IMG/VR virus record: IMGVR_UViG_3300010354_000113
Span: 1-55,931 of that record
Direction: 5' to 3' (one strand)
DNA: 55,931 nucleotides
Source of the DNA: a virus
Taxonomy: Duplodnaviria > Caudoviricetes
Part shown: positions 1-8,254 of the stretch, in pieces
Layout of the letters: the number at the start of each line of letters is the position of its first letter
How positions within the stretch are numbered: the first letter of the stretch is position 1
Notes under the pieces: generated by a model
The model's database searches: none
The model's input: the letters and a program-made list of their open reading frames with translations, nothing else
What the model was told of the DNA's origin: nothing
Program-made: the position numbers and the translations under genes

Positions 1-132
1 GATGAGCAAGTCCAACTAGCACAACAGTTGATAGACTTAGACCTCGATGATTCACTCACACAGTATCAACAATTCTGTGACTATTGCATTGCTGAGGGTA
101 TGTGCTATGATGTGCATGTAGGGAGCAGTTGA
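1..132 (+). CDS. 3' end of a small hypothetical phage protein (partial: ...DEQVQLAQQLIDLDLDDSLTQYQQFCDYCIAEGMCYDVHVGSS*)
   Basis: Frame 1 is open from base 1 to TGA at 130-132. Not in the ORF track because the start lies upstream of the window. Confidence 0.6.
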   Translation, partial: DEQVQLAQQLIDLDLDDSLTQYQQFCDYCIAEGMCYDVHVGSS

Positions 133-139
133 TGACACT

Positions 140-168
140 GGGGACAGTGTATTTGTCCCCTATTTGTT
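140..168 (+). terminator. Probable intrinsic terminator after the partial ORF
   Basis: GGGGACA(140-146)/TGTCCCC(154-160) 7-bp stem with a 7-nt loop, followed by TATTTGTT. Confidence 0.45.
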
Positions 169-478
169 ATACCCTGGGTCGGGTATATAAAAAACTTCCC
201 TATCGCTAACCTACAACAGTATCCCAACGCCCTCGACTTATATCGAAATGAAACTGCGGGTCCCCCCTTCTGAAAAAAATTTTCCAGGATACAAAAACCC
301 TCCCAGGGTCCACACAACATTATCAGAGCAATTTGAATACATTGCCATAACACTCTCAGAGACGCTCAGAATCGCCTGTAAGGCAGGTCTAGAGAGGTTG
401 ATGAGAGTAACTAGGCGTAAACATGGAATTACCAAAATCTCAAAGATTATAGATAATGTTAAACTGAATAGCACAGAC

Positions 479-643
479 ATGAAGAGATATGTTTTAGATG
501 TCCAAGAGGATGAGCACACAGGCGATTGTTACATCACTTTGCCTGAAGAGTTGCTGGAAGAGACTGGATGGGTTGAGGGGACCAACTTAGAATGGTCTGA
601 GGAAATCGATGGGTCGATTATTCTCAAAAAGGTTGAAGAGTAA
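479..643 (+). CDS. Small acidic AbrB/MazE/SpoVT-like protein (54 aa)
   Basis: MKRYVLDVQEDEHTGDCYITLPEELLEETGWVEGTNLEWSEEIDGSIILKKVEE fits the AbrB pattern (ITLP..L....G..EG..L.W.....G.IIL.K). The in-frame ATG at 479 is preferred over the track start at 248. Confidence 0.7.
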   Translation: MKRYVLDVQEDEHTGDCYITLPEELLEETGWVEGTNLEWSEEIDGSIILKKVEE

Positions 644-667
644 AAAAATCGTAAAAACCGCGTTAAC

Positions 668-928
668 ATGAATAACAATTATGACAGGGATGAGTCTTCG
701 GAAACTCCCAAATTCAAAACACCAGAGGAATATACTTCATGGTGTGTAGGTAAACTTGCTGAGGCGATTACGAATCTTGCGAATCGAATTAGTAACCTTG
801 AAGCGATTGTGCAAAAACTTCCTCCTCCTGGTGCTGACATGATTCAGTATAAGATTCCAGGGAATGAAGACTACAGTAATATCAAAGAGTTATTCGATGA
901 CATTTACTCTCGATTAGAGTCTAAATAA
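668..928 (+). CDS. Hypothetical protein with a coiled-coil segment (86 aa)
   Basis: Intact ORF with heptad pattern LAEAITNLANRISNLEAIVQKL. Confidence 0.7.
   Translation: MNNNYDRDESSETPKFKTPEEYTSWCVGKLAEAITNLANRISNLEAIVQKLPPPGADMIQYKIPGNEDYSNIKELFDDIYSRLESK
921..927 (+). promoter_or_regulatory. T4-type late promoter (CTAAATA)
   Basis: CTAAATA 25 nt upstream of the 953 ATG, overlapping the upstream stop codon. Confidence 0.55.
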
Positions 929-952
929 TTCATCGAATAACTTTTCTGTATA

Positions 953-3900
953 ATGCCCGCGTATTTGTTAGAGACTGGTAGGAGTTATCCGAATCCGATT
1001 GATGGTCAAGGATATAAGACTACATTCAAGCGTCCAGCATCGGGTAAGTATAGGTCTCACTCATCACAACCTGGGTTAGGCACAGGTACAGATTATCAAA
1101 TTACATTTCAGGGAGCAGGTCCTGGGTCTATGCCATTAGGTGTAGACTCAATTCACTATATCGGTGACCAAGAGCCAACCTGTGTTGCGAATTGTGGTAA
1201 TACTCGCAAGGCAGTTTATCGTTGGTATCGTGGGTCAAAGAGAGACCACAAATATACATCGGAGCCTGAAATCCGCAAAGTGGATATGGGTTGCGAAAAT
1301 GAGGATTGGAAAAAAGCGGCGTCTGGATACAATAAAGAACCTCGCAGTGGAAAGGGTGTCTTTTATGTGATGGACCGCCAGGTATCTGGGTCTGTGCCAT
1401 TAAAGGTATGGTTTTCTTATTGGCCAGATAATACAGTTTTGACTGTAGGGAATGCAACCCCACCTTCTGTTGGTTGTGGAAGAAATCAATATTTGGCAGT
1501 TGAGACACTTGGATATGTATTTACTTCATCTGCTGCAGCACAACAGTATGGGACAACTGTAACTCCTTTATATCATTATCGCTATGGCAGTTATAGTGCT
1601 AGTAGTGGTGTTGGTATTGATGACTTCTATACAGTAGACCCATCAAAGGAAGTAAATCTGTCTGGTGGTCCGATTGCCCCTAAAAAGAGAATGAAGGGGG
1701 AATACGTCTATCAAGGTATTCTGTGTTATCTGTTTAAAAACGATGCCCCTGACGCCCCTCGTAGAAGGGTCATAGACGTTGGTAAGATTGGTCCTACTGG
1801 TCAATGCATCGATAAGTCTGGTTGGTATCAATTCAAACCTACAGGTCCATTCTCATACTTCTCCTATAGGATTAGTAGTCAGACTCCTGGTGTGATTGGA
1901 TTTGGTAATCCAGATAATGCCGCTATCATTAATGAGGCAGCAAACTTTGAATGGTTGTATGGACTGAATGGTAGCATTAAAGGTGCAGTGCCACGTTACT
2001 TGGGATTTGAGGATTCTTATGATTCTCAGTTTCTCTATTATCTGTATGATACTTCATATCCTTGGAATGGTCCTATCTTTGGTATTCAATACAAACTGAA
2101 TGATATTCCCTGTTGTCCGAATGCTACATGTCCCAATCCTTCTGGGTCTGGAGCAGCTGTGCCATGTTGTATTCCCAACTATGCCCACTATTCTCACTTC
2201 TATCAGATTCGTCAAGACTCTTGGGAGACCACTAGGACCAGGATAACGATGAGTGATGTGTCTACTCAGGGTGTGAATGAGTCGTTTGTGACCATTGACA
2301 CTGATAGTCCACGCATTCTGTTTAGGTATCTCACCCGCAATGGAGACTTTAACAAGGGAGAAACCATCAATGGATGGGATATTGCCAAGGTTCTCTACTA
2401 TGGTGATGAGTTAAAGTGCGGCACAATGGACCTCACAGGCACTGGTGGGGAGTTTACTTACCTGCAACAGTTTACTTCTACGGATGGTGGCACCATTGAA
2501 GTGCTGGCAGGATACGGAATTGGCGATAAAGCAGCGTTTGCTGGTGTGTATGAGTTTCCAAAGAAGATTTCATACTACAAAGTTGAGATTGATCCACAGC
2601 ATTTAATCCCATCTCGCACACTAGACACCGCAAAAGCAGAGGCAGTGGTCAATAGCAACGGTGCAATTGTGCATGTCAACGTGATTAATGGTGGTCGTGG
2701 GTATAAAAATCCCAAAGTTACTGCAATTTCTCCCCGTGTTATTGATAGTTGGTCTGCAACTGACCTTGCAAAAACGCAAGAAGGTGCATTGAGTGGTGCA
2801 AAAGACGCTTTTAATGCACTTCCTACCCCAGAAGTTGATGGTTCAATGGAGCATTCTATCCGTGATGCCGTAAAAGTGCAGGGTATTCACGATAAGAGAA
2901 TCAAATTTCCTAAGGATAAAGACGGAGACCAGTTTGAAATCCGCCCAGCAAAGCTAGAAGTTGCTGAATTGAATGAAGAAGGCGTGATTATGTCCATTCG
3001 TGTTGTCGATGGGGGCGCAGGTTATCGCCAAGATGAGATGCCAACTGTGTTTATTACAGACCCAGACAACTTTGAATACAAAGGAGAGGACCCTGGTGAC
3101 ATGTCACAGCAGTCATCTAACCTCCAAGGTATGTTTAAAAATATTGAAGGTAGTGCTGCCAACAGTATGAAGAATATTGTGCAGCAAGCATTTGATGTGA
3201 TTCAGGGTAATATTGGAGGTCAGGTCTCTGTGCCAGACAGTTATATCCGCATGGCAGACATTGGTGATGACAAAACTAGATTCTGTCAGAATCTTCCATC
3301 GACATGTATCAACATTGATGGGTATACTGGTGGAGTTATTTCGTCATTACCAGACCAAGAGAACTTCAAGTATCTCTTTACAAATAGTGGATTTGCAGAA
3401 TTCAACCGAAAGGTAATGGGTGAAGTGTATGATGGTGTGATTAAACACGATGAATACTCTGAAACTTCAACTAAAGGACTGTATGGACCTTGGGGTGGTG
3501 ATAAATGTTTTGATATGGCACAACCTAGACTGTATAATGTCCAACGTTGGTTTGATGTGCCATGTGCATATCTTGATATTGGTTCCGATGGTAAGCAAAA
3601 AGCATTTGGATTCATGCCTTTCAAGTATTGTGCATCGAAAGAAATGGAAGCATCCTTTACAGTTTCTTTAGAATTTGAAGGAAGCACTACTGGCACCCAG
3701 GGTGCAGCATTCATGAATTATCTCGACACCTTCACCAAACCTAAATTAACCGAAAAGAGAAAGGTTAGTGGTGGTTATAGGACATGGAGTTGTGTCCAGG
3801 GTAGTATTAAGGGGAGATGCTATAGAGACCCAGGCGATAGGAATGATATTATATTCGTGCCAGTTGGTCTTGATGAGAATACTTACGACTACAATCGCAA

Positions 3901-4591
3901 TGGATTTACCGAATACGAGCAGTTTAAACTCTGGTTGGGTAATAATCTGACTGGAGGTGGACTAACATCTTCGACACTTAGTTGGCAAACAAGCTCCACA
4001 ACGACTACTAACCCACAGACGGGTCAAACTACTACTACTACAACGTCGGATTCCTCCACATACACTAAATTTACTGTGGATTGCACTCCAAATCCAGGAA
4101 GCACAAATGTGCCTAATCATAATTGTTGGGATAAGTATGTAAGAGGGTCTGGAAATGCGGGTGGATGCCTCGATGTTTACTGTGGATGGGATGCTCAGGG
4201 GAATGGAATACCAGGATTGCGCTTCTGGGAGATTACAGGTCCAGGTCCAACTGGGACAGTCAATCCATTTTGCTCACAGTGTGCAGGTGGTGGAGGTTTA
4301 TTTATTTTCATATCACCCGCAGTAACACCACCAAATGTTGGTCTAGATAATGTAAATGATGCATCTATTGCGATTGACCCGCAGAGAGTGTATACAGACG
4401 CCAAATGGGCAGGTAGGAAGGTAATGATGATGGGTCCATATGACGGCACAATGACAGTTAGAAACTTCTTATCTGGAAGTATTACACAATTATCCAGAAT
4501 GTTGCGTAATTTTGGCAACCCATATTTTGATGAATGCAGCGATACAGACAATCCATTTATCCAAGGAAACGAAATTGAGGATTTAGCGTAA
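953..4591 (+). CDS. Large Cys-rich virion structural protein (1212 aa) with N-terminal DUF5648-like repeats, probably hub/spike associated
   Basis: Long ORF coupled (TAATG) to the PAAR gene. Repeats AVYRWY..DHKYT, VPLKVWF..ETLGYVF and TPLYHY..DDFYT..QGILCYLF; also 'V.NGG.GY' beta modules shared with gp7/gp8. Confidence 0.65.
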   Translation: MPAYLLETGRSYPNPIDGQGYKTTFKRPASGKYRSHSSQPGLGTGTDYQITFQGAGPGSMPLGVDSIHYIGDQEPTCVANCGNTRKAVYRWYRGSKRDHKYTSEPEIRKVDMGCENEDWKKAASGYNKEPRSGKGVFYVMDRQVSGSVPLKVWFSYWPDNTVLTVGNATPPSVGCGRNQYLAVETLGYVFTSSAAAQQYGTTVTPLYHYRYGSYSASSGVGIDDFYTVDPSKEVNLSGGPIAPKKRMKGEYVYQGILCYLFKNDAPDAPRRRVIDVGKIGPTGQCIDKSGWYQFKPTGPFSYFSYRISSQTPGVIGFGNPDNAAIINEAANFEWLYGLNGSIKGAVPRYLGFEDSYDSQFLYYLYDTSYPWNGPIFGIQYKLNDIPCCPNATCPNPSGSGAAVPCCIPNYAHYSHFYQIRQDSWETTRTRITMSDVSTQGVNESFVTIDTDSPRILFRYLTRNGDFNKGETINGWDIAKVLYYGDELKCGTMDLTGTGGEFTYLQQFTSTDGGTIEVLAGYGIGDKAAFAGVYEFPKKISYYKVEIDPQHLIPSRTLDTAKAEAVVNSNGAIVHVNVINGGRGYKNPKVTAISPRVIDSWSATDLAKTQEGALSGAKDAFNALPTPEVDGSMEHSIRDAVKVQGIHDKRIKFPKDKDGDQFEIRPAKLEVAELNEEGVIMSIRVVDGGAGYRQDEMPTVFITDPDNFEYKGEDPGDMSQQSSNLQGMFKNIEGSAANSMKNIVQQAFDVIQGNIGGQVSVPDSYIRMADIGDDKTRFCQNLPSTCINIDGYTGGVISSLPDQENFKYLFTNSGFAEFNRKVMGEVYDGVIKHDEYSETSTKGLYGPWGGDKCFDMAQPRLYNVQRWFDVPCAYLDIGSDGKQKAFGFMPFKYCASKEMEASFTVSLEFEGSTTGTQGAAFMNYLDTFTKPKLTEKRKVSGGYRTWSCVQGSIKGRCYRDPGDRNDIIFVPVGLDENTYDYNRNGFTEYEQFKLWLGNNLTGGGLTSSTLSWQTSSTTTTNPQTGQTTTTTTSDSSTYTKFTVDCTPNPGSTNVPNHNCWDKYVRGSGNAGGCLDVYCGWDAQGNGIPGLRFWEITGPGPTGTVNPFCSQCAGGGGLFIFISPAVTPPNVGLDNVNDASIAIDPQRVYTDAKWAGRKVMMMGPYDGTMTVRNFLSGSITQLSRMLRNFGNPYFDECSDTDNPFIQGNEIEDLA

Positions 4592-5124
4592 TGGCATACG
4601 GTCTTTTAAAACCTGTTGCATCCCTAAATGGACTTCCATGCTCGGGTCATGGTCTCTGTTTGCCATCTACAGTGCACTCAGTGCAGTGGTGTGGCACTCC
4701 ACCAGTGCCATATACCATCTGGATTAAGAATTTTACATGCTGGTGGCCACCTTTTCCTCTAATTCCCATCTTTCCTGTGACGCCAGAGCGTGCAACAGTG
4801 CTGGTAAACTTCATTCCCATCATGCTTTTGGGAGATGCGTTTGTTTTTCACATCTCAACTTGCACGAATTTAATTATTTACATCTGCCCATGTGGTCCAA
4901 ACTTGTGTGCATACCCCACTCCAATCCCATGTAGCGTACTAACTATCGAAGATAACGGTGGCGTTGGTCACATTAGGGTTGTGCAAACCACAACCTTGAC
5001 TGTTTTTGCGCTGAAGAGACCAATTGCTCGCATCTTAGACCCACTCGGAGTAGGGTTTCCTGGGTTTTCTTATCCTTGCTCATCAGTTGTTGCGTGGGGT
5101 CACCCAACAGTGCTTGCGTCCTGA
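4591..5124 (+). CDS. PAAR-repeat baseplate spike-tip protein (gp5.4-like), extended and Cys-rich
   Basis: Three PAAR-like motifs (KPVASLNG, IPIMLLGD, RPIARILD), CSGHG, later His residues and the C-terminal C.SVVAWG.PTV. Lies just upstream of gp25, as in T4-like phages. Confidence 0.8.
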   Translation: MAYGLLKPVASLNGLPCSGHGLCLPSTVHSVQWCGTPPVPYTIWIKNFTCWWPPFPLIPIFPVTPERATVLVNFIPIMLLGDAFVFHISTCTNLIIYICPCGPNLCAYPTPIPCSVLTIEDNGGVGHIRVVQTTTLTVFALKRPIARILDPLGVGFPGFSYPCSSVVAWGHPTVLAS

Positions 5125-5141
5125 CCTAGATATGCTATACT
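5114..5141 (+). promoter_or_regulatory. Host sigma70-type (early) promoter with extended -10
   Basis: TTGCGT(5114-5119)-N16-TATACT(5136-5141) with TG at 5133-5134; ATG at 5164 preceded by GAGGAA. Confidence 0.55.
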
Positions 5142-5163
5142 ACATGAGGTTTCTGAGGAAATT

Positions 5164-5310
5164 ATGGCAGTAAAAGCAAAAATCGGTCTCGTTAAGTCTG
5201 GTTATACCCCAGGCAAACCCAAAAAGACCCGCCAAGGTCGCTCACAAAATACCCACCTTGGTGCAAGCTCCCGCAATGGACGCAAAAAGAGGTATCGTGG
5301 TCAAGGTTGA
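5164..5310 (+). CDS. Very basic 48-aa peptide (MAVKAKIGLVKSGYTPGKPKKTRQGRSQNTHLGASSRNGRKKRYRGQG), missed by the ORF track
   Basis: Translated by hand: ATG 5164 to TGA 5308-5310, RBS GAGGAA, 14 K/R and no D/E. Confidence 0.75.
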   Translation: MAVKAKIGLVKSGYTPGKPKKTRQGRSQNTHLGASSRNGRKKRYRGQG

Positions 5311-5494
5311 GACAACTCCAGAGCTTGTAGATGAGGCAACTTGGGCACTTTTTCGTGCCACAATGAATTTGCCTCATGCTGCAGCACATTGTGGAATGAC
5401 AAAACGTGAAATGAAGATGACATTTAGAGAATTTCTCAAGTCTCACCCCACAGATTATGACTTGGGAGCAAAACAGTTGACTATGAATCTCTAA
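5297..5494 (+). CDS. Small hypothetical protein with an HTH-like segment (65 aa, GTG start)
   Basis: In-frame GTG at 5297 after GAGG (5289-5292). MNLPHAAAHCGMTKREMKMTFREF resembles a helix-turn-helix. Confidence 0.6.
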   Translation: MVKVETTPELVDEATWALFRATMNLPHAAAHCGMTKREMKMTFREFLKSHPTDYDLGAKQLTMNL

Positions 5495-5497
5495 ATA
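5491..5497 (+). promoter_or_regulatory. Late promoter (CTAAATA)
   Basis: Overlaps the TAA of the preceding ORF, about 55 nt upstream of the 5552 ATG. Confidence 0.55.
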
Positions 5498-5551
5498 ATA
5501 CAGAGATAGCAACCTCTCAAAAAGTTCTGTTGACCCTATACGGAGAGACAG

Positions 5552-5737
5552 ATGGCAAATTCACCAGTAGACCAAGGTTATGAATTTGTGCAGTCGGGAA
5601 TGACCCTTATTACCGACCCCAGAAGTGATAAATATCTCAAAATGGCGCGAAAGCGTCGTAGCGATCCACCCAGTGATCGCTCTTCTAAATGGTGTGGTGG
5701 TAAAAATGGGTTTGACGACTATGTAGAGTGGATGTAA
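5552..5737 (+). CDS. Hypothetical protein (61 aa) directly upstream of gp25
   Basis: RBS GGAGAG; its stop abuts the gp25 ATG (TAAATG). Confidence 0.7.
   Translation: MANSPVDQGYEFVQSGMTLITDPRSDKYLKMARKRRSDPPSDRSSKWCGGKNGFDDYVEWM
5628..5634 (+). promoter_or_regulatory. Late promoter (ATAAATA) inside the 61-aa ORF, serving gp25
   Basis: GATAAATA encoded by the D-K-Y codons about 105 nt before gp25. Confidence 0.5.
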
Positions 5738-6151
5738 ATGGCATCTTACAGATTCAGATCTGAAAAATACGTCAGTAGAGGATTCAAGGATTTAGCGGTT
5801 TCGTTTAATCCCAATCCCTCTACTGGCGATTTTGGCGTAGTTAAGAATGAAAATGCTATAAAGCAGTCTGTAAGGAATCTTGTCCTCACCATGTTTGGTG
5901 AAAGACCCTTTCAAGAGAATGTTGGGTCCAAAGTAAAATGGCTTTTATTTGAGCAGTGGGACGTTTTTACTAAAGACTCTCTTGAAAGTGAAATTAGAAA
6001 TACTATCTCACGATTAGAACCACGAATCATCGTCGATTCGGTGGATGTGCAAGACGATTCTGACATAAACGGTATCCAAGTTTCCATAGATTATACAATC
6101 GTCGGTCAAACACTTGTCCAAACAGTCGCATTCTTGCTAGAGAAGACCTAA
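5738..6151 (+). CDS. gp25: Baseplate wedge subunit gp25 (sheath initiator)
   Basis: FKDL..SF..NP.TGD, AIKQSVRNLVLT..GERPF and I.RLEPRI motifs; 137 aa; precedes gp6. Confidence 0.93.
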   Translation: MASYRFRSEKYVSRGFKDLAVSFNPNPSTGDFGVVKNENAIKQSVRNLVLTMFGERPFQENVGSKVKWLLFEQWDVFTKDSLESEIRNTISRLEPRIIVDSVDVQDDSDINGIQVSIDYTIVGQTLVQTVAFLLEKT

Positions 6152-6152
6152 A

Positions 6153-8237
6153 ATGTCAGCAATTCCTTCACAATTAACATCTCTAGACTTCTTTGAGATT
6201 AAGGAGTCTATCAGATCATACCTCAGAACTCGTAAAGAATTCACAGATTACGATTTTGATGGTAGTAGTGCTTCATATCTGCTTGATATCCTAGCATACA
6301 ATACCTATTACACAGCGTTTAATGCAAACATGGCGTTAAACGAGTCATTTTTGGAAACTGCTACAGTTAGAGACAACATCGTAAAGGTAGCAAAGCAGTT
6401 AAACTATACTCCAAGGTCAATTAAAGCAGCAGTTGCGTGTGTTTCTCTGACTGCACAGACCACAATTGGTCTTGACAACGTTTCATATCCTGAATATGCA
6501 ACTCTTAAGAAGGGTGATATCTTTATTGCAGAGAATGCAAACGATAATTATACATTCTGCCTAACCAGAGACGTGCAAGTTCCCGTTGATAAATCAACTG
6601 GTTTAGCATCTTTTGAAAAAATCTTGATTTATCAAGGAAATCTGCTGAATTACAACTATACAGTTGATTATACTCGGAAACAAGATTTCATCATTCCTCA
6701 GGAAAACGTAGATACTCAACTAATTTATGTTGACATCTCGCCAAATGCACAATCAACTGAAGTTGACACATATAACCTTAACAAAAACGTAACCGAATTA
6801 AATTCTACATCTAGAGTTTACTTTTTAGAGGAAACTGATGACCTGAGATACAGATTGATTTTTGGTGATGGCATCATTGGTCGTAAATTGATTGATGGGG
6901 AGTATATCAACATCAGTTATGTGACGACATATGGTGCTGAAGCAAATGGTTCTTCCAACTTTGCCTATATCGGTAACATTATCGATAGTGATGGTCGCGT
7001 AGTTCCCCCTGCTGGCATCAATTTGCTGACAATCGATCCAGCCCAACAAGGCGAGGATAGAGAAACTGGATTGTCAATCAAGTTTAGAGCACCAAGGGCA
7101 TATGCAACTCAGAATAGAGCAGTTACTGAAGCAGATTACGAGCACATTGTTAGTGAAATCTATCCACAAGCGGCGTCTGTGACCGCCTATGGGGGCGAGA
7201 AACTGGTCCCTCCAGTATACGGCAAGGTCTACATCGCAATTCGCCCCAAAACAGGCACAAAACTTAATGCCACCACAAAGGTCAAAATCAAAAATGACCT
7301 GAAGCGTTATACCGTGGCATCTATTGAGCCTGTAATTATTGACCCAATGACATATTATGTCATTCCCAAGTCATATGTGTATTACAACGGCAACCAGACT
7401 GCTTTAAGTGGGTCCCAATTGGGCACTAAGTTACTTCAGAATATTGATCAATATAATAAGACAAATTCTTCAGATAAATTTGGTGGAAGAATTGATGGGT
7501 CCAAATTTGCTGCAATGTTAGACAATAGTGATACCTCAATTAGTGGTAGCGTTACTCAACTGACTCTTGGTCAAAATCTTGACCAATTTACCTTTGGAAA
7601 TGTATTCACTCAATGTTTAGATTTTGGCAACCCATTTTACAATCCATCAGATTTTGCTGGATCTGGCACTGGTAATGGAGACCCATGTGCTCCAAATTTT
7701 TCCGTTGTTAAGTCTGGCACATTTTATGCTACAGGATATTCTGAGGAAGTAGTAAATCTGCAACTACAAGACGGCACAACTGCTGGACAAATTACTACTC
7801 AAGTATTTTCAACAAATCAATCCAATCAAGCCTTGGTGCCAGTAACTATTAGAGATGATGGCAGAGGAAATCTTTTGCTTGTGACAAAGAGAAACGAGAA
7901 GGAGTTAATTCTTAATCCTTCTGTCGGTAGTGTTGATTACAATACTGGTCAAGTCTGTGTTGGTCCTTTGGCAATTGAAGGCACCCCAGACGACTCCGAA
8001 AGACTGCCAATTCAGGTTGTTCCATATGGCGGATCTATTAACATCCCACCTGGGGTTGACCCAACAATTTTCAATCCAAGTGTTAATCCGATTGATTACA
8101 CAATCAATGACATCCCAATCCCCACCTTCGATCCAAACAACTTTGGTGGATGGAATTTTGGTAACGTGTCGGGTATAAATATCATTGACTACCCAACGGA
8201 TACCTTCACATATCCCGTTTCAACGTCCTGTTTCTGA
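6153..8237 (+). CDS. gp6: Baseplate wedge subunit gp6
   Basis: LDF.EIK.S...YL, FTDYDFDGS, LLDILAYNTYY..FNANM..NESFLETAT.R and QNRAVTEADY motifs. Confidence 0.95.
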   Translation: MSAIPSQLTSLDFFEIKESIRSYLRTRKEFTDYDFDGSSASYLLDILAYNTYYTAFNANMALNESFLETATVRDNIVKVAKQLNYTPRSIKAAVACVSLTAQTTIGLDNVSYPEYATLKKGDIFIAENANDNYTFCLTRDVQVPVDKSTGLASFEKILIYQGNLLNYNYTVDYTRKQDFIIPQENVDTQLIYVDISPNAQSTEVDTYNLNKNVTELNSTSRVYFLEETDDLRYRLIFGDGIIGRKLIDGEYINISYVTTYGAEANGSSNFAYIGNIIDSDGRVVPPAGINLLTIDPAQQGEDRETGLSIKFRAPRAYATQNRAVTEADYEHIVSEIYPQAASVTAYGGEKLVPPVYGKVYIAIRPKTGTKLNATTKVKIKNDLKRYTVASIEPVIIDPMTYYVIPKSYVYYNGNQTALSGSQLGTKLLQNIDQYNKTNSSDKFGGRIDGSKFAAMLDNSDTSISGSVTQLTLGQNLDQFTFGNVFTQCLDFGNPFYNPSDFAGSGTGNGDPCAPNFSVVKSGTFYATGYSEEVVNLQLQDGTTAGQITTQVFSTNQSNQALVPVTIRDDGRGNLLLVTKRNEKELILNPSVGSVDYNTGQVCVGPLAIEGTPDDSERLPIQVVPYGGSINIPPGVDPTIFNPSVNPIDYTINDIPIPTFDPNNFGGWNFGNVSGINIIDYPTDTFTYPVSTSCF
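8174..8181 (+). promoter_or_regulatory. Canonical T4 late promoter TATAAATA for gp7
   Basis: Exact TATAAATA inside the gp6 3' end, about 75 nt upstream of the gp7 ATG. Confidence 0.7.
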
Positions 8238-8254
8238 TAATACAGATAAGATAG

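Noticed and set aside
248-478. N-terminal 77 aa of the track ORF 248..643
   Set aside because: It runs through hairpins and homopolymer tracts and does not look protein-like; the AbrB-like domain starts cleanly at ATG 479.
3993-4060. Thr/Ser run (SSTTTTNPQTGQTTTTTTSDSST)
   Set aside because: Mixed codons; an ordinary low-complexity beta-hairpin or linker.
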